From assembly GCA_030141605.1 (NCBI GenBank), contig JAQGDQ010000326.1, forward strand, positions 124,001-188,000: a DNA stretch of 64,000 nucleotides, in the 5' to 3' direction. Each line of letters begins with the position of its first letter. The first letter of the stretch is position 1. Shown one piece after another: positions 23,450 to 37,977 of the stretch. The notes below the pieces were generated by a model that saw only the letters and a program-made list of their open reading frames with translations, was not told the DNA's origin and did no database searches. Position numbers and translations under genes: made by a program. This stretch comes from Tubiluchus corallicola. Taxonomy: Eukaryota > Animalia > Priapulida.

Positions 23450-23970
23450 CCGTCTTCCGCTTTGTTCTTTATTATTTTTTTATCCGTTATGTCATTTACT
23501 TGCTTCTTTCTATCATCATTCTTTCCTTCTTTTGCTCCTTTCCTTTCACTTCCTACTTTTCAGATTTTTTCAATCGCTTATTTCGCTCATTTTTTCTTTT
23601 ATTCTTTTCTTTCCGTCTGTCTTCATTCTTCAATCTTTTTCTCCATTTTTTCATTCATTTATTTAGCCATTCATTTTTTGTCGTTTGTTTCACTTCTTTT
23701 TCTTGCATTTATGCCTTGCTTTCTTTCTTTCCCTATCTAGTGTTTCCTCTTTTCTCTTTTTTCATTCTTTTCTCTCACCCTTTCATTCACTCATCCCGCA
23801 TTCATTCATTCATTCATTCATTCATTCATTCATTCATTCATTCATTCATTCATTCATTCATTCATTCATTCATTCATTCATTTATTTACTCGCTCGCTCA
23901 CTCACTCAGTCACTCACACACTCATTCATTCGTTCAGTCGTTCGTTCAGTCGCTCATTCACTCATATTCA
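23450..23970. repeat. pyrimidine-rich low complexity plus (ATTC)n/(ACTC)/(GTTC)
   Basis: Directly visible. Confidence 0.93.
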
Positions 23971-26900
23971 CTCTGCAAGGCGTACTTTTCAGATGCCGAA
24001 CAGTCACGACGAGCCCCTAGACTAAGTCCGTCTCGGAGACACACGTGCAACTGCAACCCAGCATAAGTAATTAATGCTCGTGTCTTGTGTATGTTTTAAC
24101 AAAATTAAAATTGCAATTATTGCGATCGCAGGTCGCCATGACGAGCTGAAGTTGCAGTTCTATCAGCAGATGATTGATGAACTATGACGTCGGTTGTCGT
24201 CACGAACGTTTATAATTATCGTTGTTTTCGACTTATCAAACTATCAACACAGTCGACGGGAATTACTTAATCAACCAAGAGTTTTCTTTCACTTATTCCT
24301 GCCCTGATTAATGGCAGTACAATTTCATTATGTGACTCAGTCATCCCAGTTGCGTCCTTTTCTGTTTCAAGAAAAATTTCTAACTTAGTTCTTATGAGTT
24401 AAATTAACTTTAATTATGCAAAGTTATCAGTGATCTCTACAACATAGTAACTTGTTAAGTCCTAACGTTCCATTCCTCAGTCAAATAATTCTGAACAAGA
24501 ACCGTGGTTTAAACGAGGATGGATTCCCGCATTTGCCTATAAACAAAGTTGATGTAAGAACGCATTCTTTTGCCTTCCATTTTATCGCCAAATAATAATT
24601 TGCTTATTCGCTGATCAAAATATTATCTAGTAAGTAAAATACTATAGTAGATTCTTTAAGCCTGGTGAACACGGACGCTGGAAATATAACGCGCGGAATA
24701 ATTTTTTGCTACTAGAATGTGCGACAACTGAGCATGCGTAATGAGGAAATTAAATACAGAAGTTACAGAATGCACAACGAAATTATGCTATCATTTTTAA
24801 TTTGATAAGAAAATTTAGCACTAATAACGTATATAAGATTGAATGAACTCAAATTGGTGAGGATGGCAGAGTTTATCATTTGAATATGCCTGGTCCATTG
24901 TGGTTTACTCATGTTGACCTGACTTTCACATTTTGGCTCCTATGACGGGCCCTTACATTGTTTTTTTAGCCATGGCGTGGTTTGAGCCCCTATACCAGGT
25001 GTCCTTCCTGTAAGTTTCGTGGTTCCAGGTACTATAATTTTATTCAATGTTATGATTTGATGTTTGGCGAGTTAACATGAATTAAAGTGGGCGTTTAAAA
25101 AATTCACTGACTAGCATAATGATGAAAAAATCATCGTATGGGTTCTATTAAATCCGCTTTGCTCGCGGATAAAAAGTAACATTTTATTGTCACAGAACAA
25201 CATGACCCAGCTACGTTTCGGCTCATGCAAGTCGCAGGCCGATGACTAATTGATTGTAAGCGAGACTCATTCGTATTTTATGAGCTCTTGGTTAAGTTTT
25301 TTATATACTAGTGAAAATGCATATTTCATGCACTTAATAATAAAGGAACGTCAAAGTTGAACATTAATTAATTAATTAGCGCTGCGTTATTTGTCACTGT
25401 TGCTGTTAATAAATAGCGAAAAGTGACAATAAATTTTGAAAATGAACAAGCATCAGACTAATAACTCAGATACAACCTAGTTAACAAGTGCAACGTTGTA
25501 TCGAGTAGTTTAATTCACCGCCGCCCATTAATAGTGGCGCTGATGTCGTCTTCTTATTTATTTGCCTAGTTTTCGTTTTGAAACGTCGTTTTCAATTTAA
25601 CAGCCTAATTTGCATTGCCTACGAGCAAAAAACTCCAAATTAGTCACGTAGCCGGCTTATTAATTGCTAATTATATTACGTTTTTAATTATGAATTATTG
25701 CGTTTCGTAATTTCTGTTTGTCACTTTGTTTTAGCTGCGTGTATTATTTTTGCATATTAATGAGGCCACATCAGCGCTAATCATGATTTGTTCTTATTTT
25801 ATTGCCCTGTTTCAAAAGCAACTTTTATGGGAGCGATTTTTAATGGAATTAACTTACAATTTGCTATCTGCGCTTATCTTTTATGACAACCGTTGTTTAA
25901 TTAGAGTTTTAACGAAGACTTTTAATTTTCGTAATTCACACTAATACAAGTTTTTGTATTTTACTGCTGGTTTGGTTGTATAGTTGTTGTTTTGATTAAA
26001 AAATTGTTTGTTACTTGTTTAAGTTTTGCTTGTTAGTCCATTCAGTTTTATTCCATTCGTTTATTACGCGTTTTATTTCATTTCTCTACCAAAACTCTAT
26101 TGGTGGCTTTTATTAAAATAGACGATTTTAAAAAACGACATTTGGAGTAATTACTTAAGATGCTTTTTAACTGAAAACACTTACAGGTGATGTAAAGTAA
26201 AGTAACTGCAGTATAGTAAGAACTGTAGATATCGCGAATCTATCCCTCTCTTTCTCTTTGCTTCTCTTTCTCTCACTCATTCTTTCTCTCTCAACGCAAT
26301 ACCTAGTAAGATGATTTTATCCGGGGATAAACGAATGAAACAGATATCACCTTGTAACCAAGTTCTGTTTTGAATATTCGACTCATAAATGCGAGATATC
26401 TGCCCATTTTAGTGGCTTACACATCCTCAGTGAGAGGGTAAGACGAAATAATTAGCAAATAAACAAAAACAATGAAATTTTACTCTTTGCAGAGTAGGAA
26501 ATTTATTGCTGACTGCGCAAATGCAAACGAATAGAGAAGCCATGCCTTTTAGACTTTCCTCTTGGCAGATTCGCATTACTTTTGAAACATTTCGCACTAT
26601 TAATGGAAATTTATGACAAATTCCACTTCGAGGCTGTAATTTGCTCAGCCATCAGCTTGTGAGTTGTACAAAAGCGTTTTACTATAAGAGTATCAGTAGT
26701 GGAATAATATAAGTTTATAACGGTTAAGATATTCACTTGAGAATGCTGGCCGGTCATTTTCTCCTCATAAACGCGCCTGATTATGATGGAGTTAATAGAT
26801 CTATGGATCTTTATTTCTTTATTTGATATTGCTGCGCAAATAAATGGCAAATTTGGATAATTTGTGTAATCAATATTTCAAGGCTACAACTTAAAAAAGT

Positions 26901-28554
26901 TAATTCTATTCATCTAATATAAATTTTATCCGACGGATGGCGACACCATCGAGGTGGTTGTCACAGCCATCTGCGATATTGAAAAGCATGACAATATCAA
27001 AGGAATTATGAAACGAATTCCCAAGACGAAAAAAACAGATAATGGAAGCCGTATGTCAGCACTAGGCATGTGTACTTCAAACACTAATTAAAGCTCAATT
27101 AGTAGTCTTCATTGAATCTCTGTCGTCGGGAATTACTTGTGAAGAGACAATTGAGGAAAAACAAAGCGGCTGCTAATAGCACGCAAGTAACTATATTCAT
27201 ATAATGCTTCTTTTATTCTGCTCGTTTAATATTGCTTTTGATTCAAATTCAATTTCTGTTGAACCAAATTAAAAATTACGCGAAGCTTTTAATATGTGAC
27301 GTGTTTCAACATCACGTCCATTTATGTGAAAGTCGAGAAAGCAGTTTGGTTCGAAATTATAACAATATCACAATGTCATCACCTACTGTTAGAAAATAGA
27401 AAGATGTTTCCGTGATACCCTAATTCATAATAAAACTATACTAAACTTGCAGTAAGATTTTATTTACAGTAGTCACATAGTCATCATCAGCATCACGTGA
27501 TACATTATACACGATCAAAAAAGATCGATCTAAATCGTCTAGATCGACAAAAAAAAGAAGGTCTAAACTTCTATAACAAACTTGTTTACCGTGGAAATGT
27601 TATTTGACTTTACAATAAACTTTCAAGGTTTTACTTATCCGTTGATATTTTCATGATTCAGAGTTTCTTACATGTCAAACCAACTGGCAAACAACTAAAG
27701 TTTATAAAAAGTTAATTAGCTTAATAATAACAACAAACAAAAATATCATGTATTTATTCGAAATAGCAAGTTGAAACTTCTGGTAATAGACCTAATATAT
27801 GTACATGTATATTCGAACCTAAGTAACATCTGTTTGCAGAACTTCGAATTGATTCAGATGATTTCTGCTGCGAAGATCTTAAAATTTAATTAAGCTCTTT
27901 CTTTAGAAATGGCTTCGCAGTATGAGCCTAATATGCAATTTTTGTTTTTTTTTGTTGGTAGGCACTGTACAATTAATTCAGGCGTGTGTAGCTATAAAAA
28001 TGATTCTTGCTAATGTTTTTGAGTAAAAGCTCCTTCAATATCAATTAAACTTTAACGCTCAGTTTTATATTTATATGAAGTTAACAATTTGCAGTTATGT
28101 ACCTTGCAAGTCTGTTTTGGGTTTTACCTTTTAGTGTTGTACTTCTTCTTGTTTACCTTCTACTGATAAAATCGATTGAAGGAGACAATTTCTCGCGTGA
28201 CTTGGCATTTTCAAGTGAATATGCTAAAACGAATTCATTAAGTTTTGGCAATATTAATTAATGTTAATCACATGCAAATGCATTAACTGAAAACATCACA
28301 GCGTGAAAATTATTTAATGAGAACAATGGTAACAGCGTAAATGGACGTTAATGTATTATTGTCTTTTCAAACTAAATAATTCATGGCTTTTACACTCCTT
28401 GCAATTAGGTTCTACAATTTTAATTGAGTTTGTGAACAGACTGCCTTAATTTCACGAGTTCCCCGACTGTTGACTAATTCGTGTAATTTGTTGTAATGCG
28501 TTTAATTTCGTCTATTGTTGTTTGAGAAAGTTTGAACGGTCGTCACGCGCGCAA

Positions 28555-28946
28555 GAAAGAAGCGATGAAAAGAAAAAAGAAAAATGAAAGAGAAAGTGAA
28601 AGACAAGGAAAAACAAGGATGAGAAAGGACAAGGAAAAGGGAATAAAGGAAGACAAGAAGAAAATGAGAAATAACAGAAGGTGGGATAAAAGCGGGTCAA
28701 AAGAAACAGTCGAGAGAAAAAGAACGGGAGAAAGAAAAGAAAAGAAGAGAAAAGAAAAGAAAAGACCAGAAAAGAAAAGGGAAGAAAAAGAGAAGAAAGG
28801 AGAAGAGAAGAGGAAAGAAAAGAAAAGAAACAGAAAGAAGGAAAGAAAGAAAAAAAGGAATAAAAACATGAAAAGGGAAAGTAAAAAGGGAAATAAGAAA
28901 GGATAAATAATTAAAGAGAAGGAACGAAAGGAGGGAGGGAAAAAAA
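28555..28946. repeat. purine-rich (AAAAG-like) low-complexity tract
   Basis: Directly visible; explains the K/R/E-rich and F/S/L-rich ORFs. Confidence 0.93.
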
Positions 28947-29038
28947 GATACGTGGAAGGTACAACAAAAGAAAACGACGACTCAGTCTCGCTACCATCTA
29001 ACATTCGTAAATATTAACTAACTAATGCATGAACTTAC

Positions 29039-29178
29039 CTAGGGTGTGTGCACTGTCGTAAGGATTGTGTTCATAACTGTCCAGTCGAGCCTTTTTCAAT
29101 TTCATCAAACTTTCATGGTGCAGAGTTGGTCCTAAGCCAGCTAACAAGCTTCTCTTTGGTGGTCTTCCAGGTCTGGAA
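29039..29178 (-). CDS. dac: dachshund coding exon A (first in window): end of DACHbox-N
   Basis: Acceptor ctctttttttag|T TCC AGA CCT GGA AGA CCA CCA AAG AGA encodes (S)SRPGRPPKRSLLAGLGPTLHHESLMKLKKARLDSYEHNPYDSAHTL. SRPGRPPKR is the hallmark motif ending the Dac DD1 domain. Donor CTAG|gtaagt; 140 nt, phase 2 in, phase 1 out. Confidence 0.95.
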
Positions 29179-32100
29179 CTAAAAAAAGAGTTTCTCTTAA
29201 AGGTTGCCTCCTCTAACAAACTTGGCGACAGCTAATTGGTTATTTTGTGTTTGTGGTGTTCTGGGAACTCGGAACCTCCAATGAGAAAACATCAAAGATA
29301 CGGTTTTGTACACACAGTGTTAGATGTAAGTGGTATGTTTATTGTTCAACGATGGTGTTGTAAATAAATATATGAGCAACGTAACATTTTATAAGACGCC
29401 TGCCAGACAAGAAATTTCATAAAGTCTGACCAGTGTATTATACATTACGACGAATTACTGCTAAATCATGTACACAGTCGTTTTAAAATAGCCTTTAAAA
29501 AACTTCAAAACATCCATACTATTTGATCTTACGTCAAAATGTTGCACGAACTGATATAAAAAACATAATTGATACAATACATGACAAACATTTGAAAATA
29601 GTATTAAGTTGCCGCTTTAACTCTTTTAACTATACTAGGCTCTCCAAAGGATTAGAAAACTTCCCGGGATTGAAACCTCAAACATACATATATATATTGC
29701 AACAATTCTCATATAAACACTCTACCAACGCTATTGTTTCAGGTAGAAAGCAACAAGTAAACAAATATAATCATAATTTTAAAATATTGCTGATGTTGAA
29801 AGAATGTGTAAGAAGTCGAGTCAGCGATTTTAATAAATTGTACGCAAATTAATAATAAACCTCAAGAAACTATTAAATTTTGTTTGGCCCACAGACTTAA
29901 CTCCATTTTGAATTTTAATTTAGGCTTACTTATTTTCACTATTTTACCAGTTTTTTTCACATTAATAAACAAGCTATTTACAAACATGTTTTTAGACAAA
30001 ACTAAAAGGAATAGTAATAATTAACTATAGTTAAGGGCGTATGCTTCTTTTCCAGGATTTCAAAGTAGTCGTTTATCAATAATTACTATATCAAAATGAG
30101 CTTGATATGGCGGACATATGCAACACCTATAAATTGTACTACAATAATAACAGTTGGCAGTAACGAGCTTGTCCCATCTGCGGGCTTTTTGCAAAACCCG
30201 GGACTTTTCATCTGAAAGTGGGTCACTCAACATTTTTTCCGCAAAATGGAAACTGAGCATGCAGTCAGCGCCCTGCGGCACGTAGCACCTGGCAGGGCTC
30301 AAAACAGATGTAAAAATGGGGGTGATTCATTTTTTAATTCTACGATTGTGGAATTGCGTTTAGGGGCGGAATCCGACAGAGGCTGTCAACCTAATGCTGA
30401 TAAACCAGCTTACAGCTGAAATTCTTAAATGAACTGAGAGAAAATGAGGGAGGCGGCAGCCTTGGTGAATGAGTGATGCTAAAGTGCAGAAACCCACAGC
30501 TTATCGCATTAGTCTATTTCAATTTGTCCAGACGACCATTCTGGGTCAGAATTGAGTGTTTTTCGTGATATATGCAGCGATTATGCATTTATTCTTGACA
30601 ATTTGGCACAATGTTCGAAAAAGTTATGTGTTTTGCTCACTTTTCAAAGAAGATTTATGCATTTGTGACAAGCATAATAGAAAGAGAAGGAAAAATGTTT
30701 GCTCTGAAAGGGTGCATGTATTGCAGAATGTTCACTGTCAATGAGAAAAAATGTTTCGCGCAGCATGAATACGACGTCATTGTCTAGAAAGTAATTCTGT
30801 CTGGCGGAGAGAAAGAGATGCTGGCGTTTTTAAGTATAATTCACAACAGCATAATAAACTAGATATGTTCCATGCACTCTACATTGCAAGGCTACTGACT
30901 GTGGGTCTCAATCATATAAATGCAGTTGCAAATGCATACTTTTTGTTGCGAGGAAATAGCAATGATTTTAATTTCAAACAATACTGTCAAACAACACATT
31001 GTCCAATGGTATTCAGATTTAGCGAAAAGCTCGAGTAAGCCAGTTAATTCCAATATTTTGATATTTCAATATTCGCCTTCTTATATTTTACTATCTAGTG
31101 GCACTACATCTCTCGCAGGGTAACTTTGTTTTTAATTCTTAGGATTAAAAACAGTGTCAAAGAGTAATGTAAAATGTTATCACTAAACGCATTAATTTCC
31201 TGAATTTGAACACAGAGTTTCGGCTGCTGCTTCAGCCACTGTCAAACGTCTAAAAATATAAAAGAACTACTGTCTGCAGCATTAGTCATAATTATTGTGT
31301 GTAAAATAAATTATTAATCCGTCGAAAGCTGATGTATGAAATTTGAACCAATTAAACTATTTTGGCCGAACAATTTTAATAAATTAAATTAATACTAATC
31401 AGTCAAGCATTTCCTTATTTTAAACAGAATTTGAAAGTATAAAGTCCACGAGTATAGACAGTCTACATTTTCACAACAAAGAATCATCTCCTAAAACCAT
31501 TGCAAAATTTGATAAACAGGCAAACAACAGAAGAAAGTCATAAAGTGATTGTGCGCCACTGCAACCAGTTCAAATTTGGCATATGCAACTAGGAGGACAA
31601 TTATTTTAAAACTACTTTACACTGCAAAAATAGTTTTATCAATTTCTTCTCCTTTCTAGTAAATAATGACAAGCATTTTGCAGCCTCATAATAGTGACCC
31701 GGATAATAATTATTTCCTGAAATTCTGAAAAAATATACACTCATTACATTATTGTGGTTGCTTATTTACAGAAAACGTGTTCATATGTTCCCAGTATGTT
31801 ATTTCTGCGCTTCTGTGTTTGCCGCTTTTTATGCGTTTTCTTTGTGTGTTTTCACAGAGTAGATTTACTAATATCCACTTTGTAGTTTTGTGACTATGCT
31901 TCATCTGTTTCGTGTGCGATTAATGATTTTATTCCGTCTTTGTACTAAAAAGCTATTAGTCACTTAGCGTTTTTTACTTTCCTCCTTTCTCCCACGTGAT
32001 ACTTTAAATTTAAGCAACGAAATTATATTATTTTTATTTCTCCAAACCTTATTTGCACTTTACTTTACAATTAAAACTGTTGAAAGTTTGTAAAGTTTGT

Positions 32101-33007
32101 AAGACTATTCGTTTATAAACTACAACAGGACGTAGAAATTACCCAGTTATTATGCAAGGTGAAAATTACAGTGACATCGCGTTTTGTTGGTTTCGCTCTC
32201 GGAGCCTGGAGCAAAGCGGATGTAGAAACACGAAAATAAGGACATGAACTATTCTCTGTGGCGCACTCATCCAAAACCATTACAGGTTGTTAGGTTATCC
32301 GGACAAGAAGCGTGAAATTCGCCTCTCTTGGCAGGCGCGTGCGGGAAGCGATCCAGAAGTTACGCTATACATGTACATTTCAAGTAGAGTGTATACATAT
32401 GCCACTTGAATTATACTTTGTATGACGTACTGTCTTTGGTATGATTAATAACATGTTGTTTAAACCAAACTACCGTACCACAGAAATCCCCTTGCATTAG
32501 ACGGAAAATACCCCACCCGTCGTGGACTTTTTAAATCCAGGTCTAATATAAACAGTCACACAGCTAAAGACCAATACGAGTAGTGCACTTTTCGCATCTA
32601 CCTGTCTTAAATGGAATGCAACCAGGACAATATACCCGTCTTGTGCCTTTTCGTTACGCTCTGCACAGCCCTGGCCATGTACTTTTCATTACATGCAGGG
32701 CTATGATAATGTGTTTTTAAAATAAATCACACATCTACAAGTAGTGTGAACAGAGGTATAAACAGACCAAGTCATTAAATGTGTGAAAATGAATAAAGTC
32801 TCTGACTTGTCTCGTATCTTTTCGTGGTGTAAAGAGGTACAATTAGATTAGCAAAATTGTGTTCTGTCGGCAGCCAGTCAGTATTTCTGGAAAAAGTATT
32901 AAATTTATATAATATAGATAACTAAGATACTACACTTATATAGGCTTATGTAGTCATTTAACACCACTATGTAAAAATTTTGTGATGTTGAACAAAATTT
33001 GTTGTAA

Positions 33008-33322
33008 TAGTGTAGTGTAGTGTAGTGTAGTGTAGTGTAGTGTAGTGTAGTGAAGTGCAATAGAGTGCAATGAAGTGCAGTGATAACATATCATATGCAG
33101 TGTAGTGCAGTGTAGTGTAGTGTAGTGTAGTGTAGTGTAGTGTAGTGTAGTGTAGTGTAGTGTAGTGTAGTGTAGTGCAGTGCAGTGCAGTGCAGTGCAG
33201 TGCAGTGTAGTGTAGTGTAGTGTAGTGTAGTGTAGTGTAGTGTAGTGTAGTGTAGTGTAGTGTAGTGTAGTGTAGTGTAGTGTAGTGTAGTGTAGTGTAG
33301 TGTAGTGCAATGCAGAGTAGTG
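33008..33322. repeat. (GTGTA)n/(GTGCA)n pentanucleotide microsatellite
   Basis: Directly visible. Confidence 0.97.
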
Positions 33323-35630
33323 TGATCGCATAAATAAGCCTGCATCTACCCTAACATAATCCCATCGCTGAAACACAAGTTTTGTGACCTTTGCTTTTAA
33401 TTGCACTCACAGATAGGCTGCTTGTTCTTCAACCAAAATGAATTTATAACTGAAAAATCTTTTTAGATTACATATCATTACCAGGGATCCAAAACTGACA
33501 CACACCGTTGCATTTACGTCAACGATTCAAAGTGATAATAATTTTTGCCAGCCAATATTTTCCTTGTAGGAGTAGTTTTTGTCCATTTCTTAATAAACAC
33601 CGTAAACTTAATCTAATACGAGTAATTTTAACTTTGTTGTCCATTTCTCAAATATCAAGTAAGTTAGTTTTTAATTTAAAATAATCAAGTTTCTTTACAC
33701 TTATATTAAAATCCTACTTGGTGTTAAGAAGTGGACGAAGGTAAAACTACTCAAACTATAGAAGAAGAGCGGCTGGCAAACATTATCTTTACATTGTACG
33801 GTTGGCGCAAAGGCAACAGTGTGCGTGTCTTTTATGTACAACGTTTCAAAAGGGTCCCGCAAAGATAAGCCACAAACGAACGAAATGAAGCATCGACACA
33901 CATTTTATGTTCATTTGTGTCCAAAATTAATGCTCTCTTTATGTCCAACGCGCGTATTGCATTTTAATTCCAAATCATAAACTTCGTTTTCAAGGGCGTT
34001 TCCAGACTGTCAACAATAATCCAAGGGACGATGCAAAAACACAGAGCAACAATAGCTTTTCATTTAATAGTTAGGGAAAATTTTCTGCTCAGGACGTTGG
34101 ATTGAATTTGTTGACATTTTTTGTGTTTGAAAATAACCACGTACTGAGAACTACGAATTGTCACACTTAGTACTCCCTTCGCCGAGGATCAATATTAATT
34201 GGTCGGACTCTTCTATAGTTCTCTGAGTCACATGACATGCGGCTCATAAACTTGGCCCCCGGTTCACGCACGATAACTAAACAGTCATTTCTTCAATTTT
34301 ATTGTTAATGCCTTGTGCCCTAGATGAATCAACAAAGTATAATTATACCAATGCGCTAGAATAAAATCACATATTTCCAAGTAACTCGTATGCCAATAAG
34401 TTTTTTTTAGTATAAACATTAAATGAATAAATTAGAATAGGGTAATAAGATAGTAAACGTTGGCGTAGCATTTAGTGAAAGTGATGGCCTACTATGACTG
34501 AAAGACATGGCTCATGCGTGTTGAATTCGTGTCTCGTGCATTATGGATGTGGCTATAACTGATCTACGAATTCAACGTTCTTTTTACAAACATGCACAAA
34601 ATACTATTTCGATCGATGACAAACTTTGATGCAAAATTAGTGTTTTGACATATTGTTGTCTCTCTTCTCGTCAACCGATGACGCTGCGTGCAAGTTTTTC
34701 TTTGCTAAGATAAATGATAATGGGAAATATCTTATTAATTCTGAAAAATAACATATTTATATTTTTCACAAATGATAAAATCTTAACTAAAAGAGGCAGA
34801 AGAGAGAGTCACCAGGTACATGGCGCTTACGGGGTTGCCACTTATTGCAACCGGGTTGCCATTTCTAATAAAATAAATGACGAAATGTCTACAAATTGAA
34901 TATAAGTTAGTCAAGAAAACGGTAATTTTAGAATTTGTCATTTTAAATAGATTTGTGGCCTAACATGCACACATTCGTGAAGTTTAGTGACATTATTTTG
35001 GTGACACTGTCACAGTGGTCGTATTGTTAATAATTAAGCTGCAGCAATTAGTAGATGTAATCTGCCTTGTAAATGCGAATGTTAATCACAGCGCTTCAAT
35101 CACGGACGCAAGAATGCGAATGATGCTGACAGGCACACCGATTGTAATTATCTCCACTCTTCAAGATTAACTGCAATGAACACGCACTTGACAATTGTAA
35201 TAAATTCCGCTGTTAGAATTGACCTGAACGTTCATTTCTAACTCCTAGGTTATTGCGCTCAAGAGTCGTAATTATTCTCGCTAAGAAAGAGAAGGTTGTA
35301 TAGGATGACCCTAAATTTTTGTTAGTAACACCCGCATCGAAACACCATCAATATATATTTCCTGTAAATGTTGAAGTACCATAAAAACGAAAGCGTTGCG
35401 GCAAGTTTACAATAAACCAAACCCTTTTTAGATTAATAATTATATTTTAATAATTTTAATATTTTTAATTTGTTTTTATTTAAATAAAAAATAATAATTT
35501 AGATTAAGTCAGCTGCAGAGATAATAATAAACTTCGATAAGGTAATTAATTAAAAACTGAAAAATTGCAATAATATAATAAAATTAAGTTAATCAGTCGA
35601 AAATAATTCCGTTTATTGTGGGTTTAAACC

Positions 35631-36167
35631 AAAATTCCGAATTATTTTTCAAGTCGCCTTTGTAAGCTTTTTAAAGGTCAAAGGTCTTAACTAACTATAG
35701 CCTTATTATGTAGGTCACTTCAAAAAGAATATTTTAAAATGGAAAGCTTCCGGTTTTCTTTATTTAAATGTCTTTATTCAAATCCTGTCCACGGGTTCCA
35801 TGTTTTACTTTTGAGAAAATTGAGCTTATACCAGTTACTGAATTGTTTATTTGCTGTTGCTTTTGGGCTATTCTTTATTGATAAATTTCAACACGGGCGA
35901 CCTTTCACAGCATTATTGGTTAAACGTACCAAGTTTCACGGGATAGCCATAAAGATTAAATGAATAATTCAGTAACTGACATATGCTCAGTTGTCTCTGA
36001 AGCATGTCCGAGGATGGTCCTTAAGAATAAAAGAAAAAAACAGAAAGCCCTCTATTTTAAGTGAGTATATTATTTTTGAAGTAACCTGCATAATAAGATT
36101 AGTTAAGTTAAGACCTTTGACCATTGGAAAGCTTACAAAGTCAGCCTGAAAAATAATTCTACATTTT
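35631..36167. mobile_element. foldback/MITE-like element with ~135-bp imperfect terminal inverted repeats
   Basis: 35631-~35765 (gaattatttttcaag..ctttgtaagcttt..ggtcaaaggtcttaact..cttattatgtaggtcacttcaaaaa) aligns with the reverse complement of ~36022-36167. Confidence 0.8.
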
Positions 36168-37299
36168 GCATCCACTGAACAGCATTATTTTCTACTGATG
36201 AACTTAATTATGTTACAACTTAGATGAAAAATTCATATTCAACAACGTAAACAGCAACTAGACAGATTCAGACCTATAGTTGTGCAGCTAACAAAAACAG
36301 TCAATCAGTACCTATTAACACAACCTTTTAAAAATTTAGAGGGTTGATAGATCACATAGCTGCTGGATATGTTCGTTTATGAGGAGACAGTAAATTTTGG
36401 TATATTAGCTTACTTTTAAACTTATATCAATAACCGAAAAATTATACCAACTTGTTTAATTAGAAGACAAAATTTCCTCGATCGTTTTACAACTCTTATG
36501 TCATTTGATAAGATAAACAATGTTAAAAGCAAATTAAGAACTAAAAGCTGAGAAGAAAGAATATTAAGCATTCACCTCTGGAACATCTGAAACTATACTG
36601 ACACACTTAGTTTTTTTAGAAATTCAGAAACAACAGTGCATTTCAACGACTCTCGTTCCCGTAAATCGAGCCTTCTGTTCAAGATTGGACAAGTTACAAT
36701 TAGTTTCCGCCCTGCATGCCTTCTTTAACTGATTTGTCAGAAAAACTAATCAAAGCCTGTCAAGCGTTTGTAGTCTGCATCAGGTGTTGGTGGTTTGATC
36801 AAACTAATCATTTTTCATTTAGGAAGTACATGAAATCAAACTGCTCACACCATTCAGTAGTTACAAAGAAGCCAGTTAATAGCAAGTTCCACTTCTGTTT
36901 TATTGCTTTAACTGTCTGTGAAACCGTGGAAGGAATCTTGATTATGTACTGAGAGCAAGTTATGGTGTTAGCAGTCTGTTTAACAGGGGTAAGTTGCTGC
37001 AGCAATGCTATGTAGGAACTAGGAAAAAAAACTAGAATGTTTATGCAACTCGCATGCAAAAAATCAAATATTTTAGTGTAAATTGTCTGAAGAGTTGCGA
37101 TGTTTGCATGGCGCAACAAAATAATAGCAAAATAACCACTGACAGCAACAATGCGTTAACAGTATTAAGGATCCTGCTTGCTCTTTCAAGAGCAGTAATG
37201 AGAGGTACTAATGTATAAAGTAGTTCCAACTCGGCTTCTAATATTCATCCGCTGTTGTCCTCACAGTTTACCTACTAATAGTTCAGCTCTACTCCATTT

Positions 37300-37625
37300 C
37301 TGCCTTTGTCCCTTCGTAGTTTCCTGCTACCTTTTATCCTTCCTTTTTTCTTTCTTTCTTGCTTCCTTCTCTTTCTTTCTTCCCTCCTTCCTTCTACTTT
37401 TCGTCACCCTATTCTCTCTCTTTCCTTCAGTTTTTTACCGCATTTTATTTTTATTTCTTTCTTCATTCTTTCTTTTTCCTTCCGCTCTGTCTCCTTCTTT
37501 CCTTTATTTTTTCCTTCTGTTGGTTTTCTTTTTTCAGTCTTGGTTCTTTTATCGCCTCGTTTCCTTATTTTTCTTCTTTTCTCTTTTCACCGTTCCCTCT
37601 TTGTCTCTCGCTCTATTTTCTCCCC
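37300..37625. repeat. CT-rich low-complexity tract
   Basis: Directly visible. Confidence 0.9.
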
Positions 37626-37977
37626 GCTGTCATCTTCCCCTGCCACTATTCCCGCAACAGGGTCACGCATGCAAAACGTTCAGAACATGCACATTTCATT
37701 GTAAAAGTTAATTTCTGGTCCAACAAATCACACGTACGTGCATACGCCCTAACTGTTTCGTTTACTTGGCGAGCGTGGTACAGGCGTATTCCGTACGATT
37801 CATTAACAGAAAGTAATTAGCGCATAAATATTTAAAAACTGATCTTCTTGGCCACAATATTAAAACTTCATTAATACAAGTATCTTACTGATGTATACCC
37901 TCTAGTAAATGCTCCTTAGCGACTTCGAGAAATATTCGTTTAGAATGCAATTAGAAGGGAGTTTATTGTCTTAGTAC

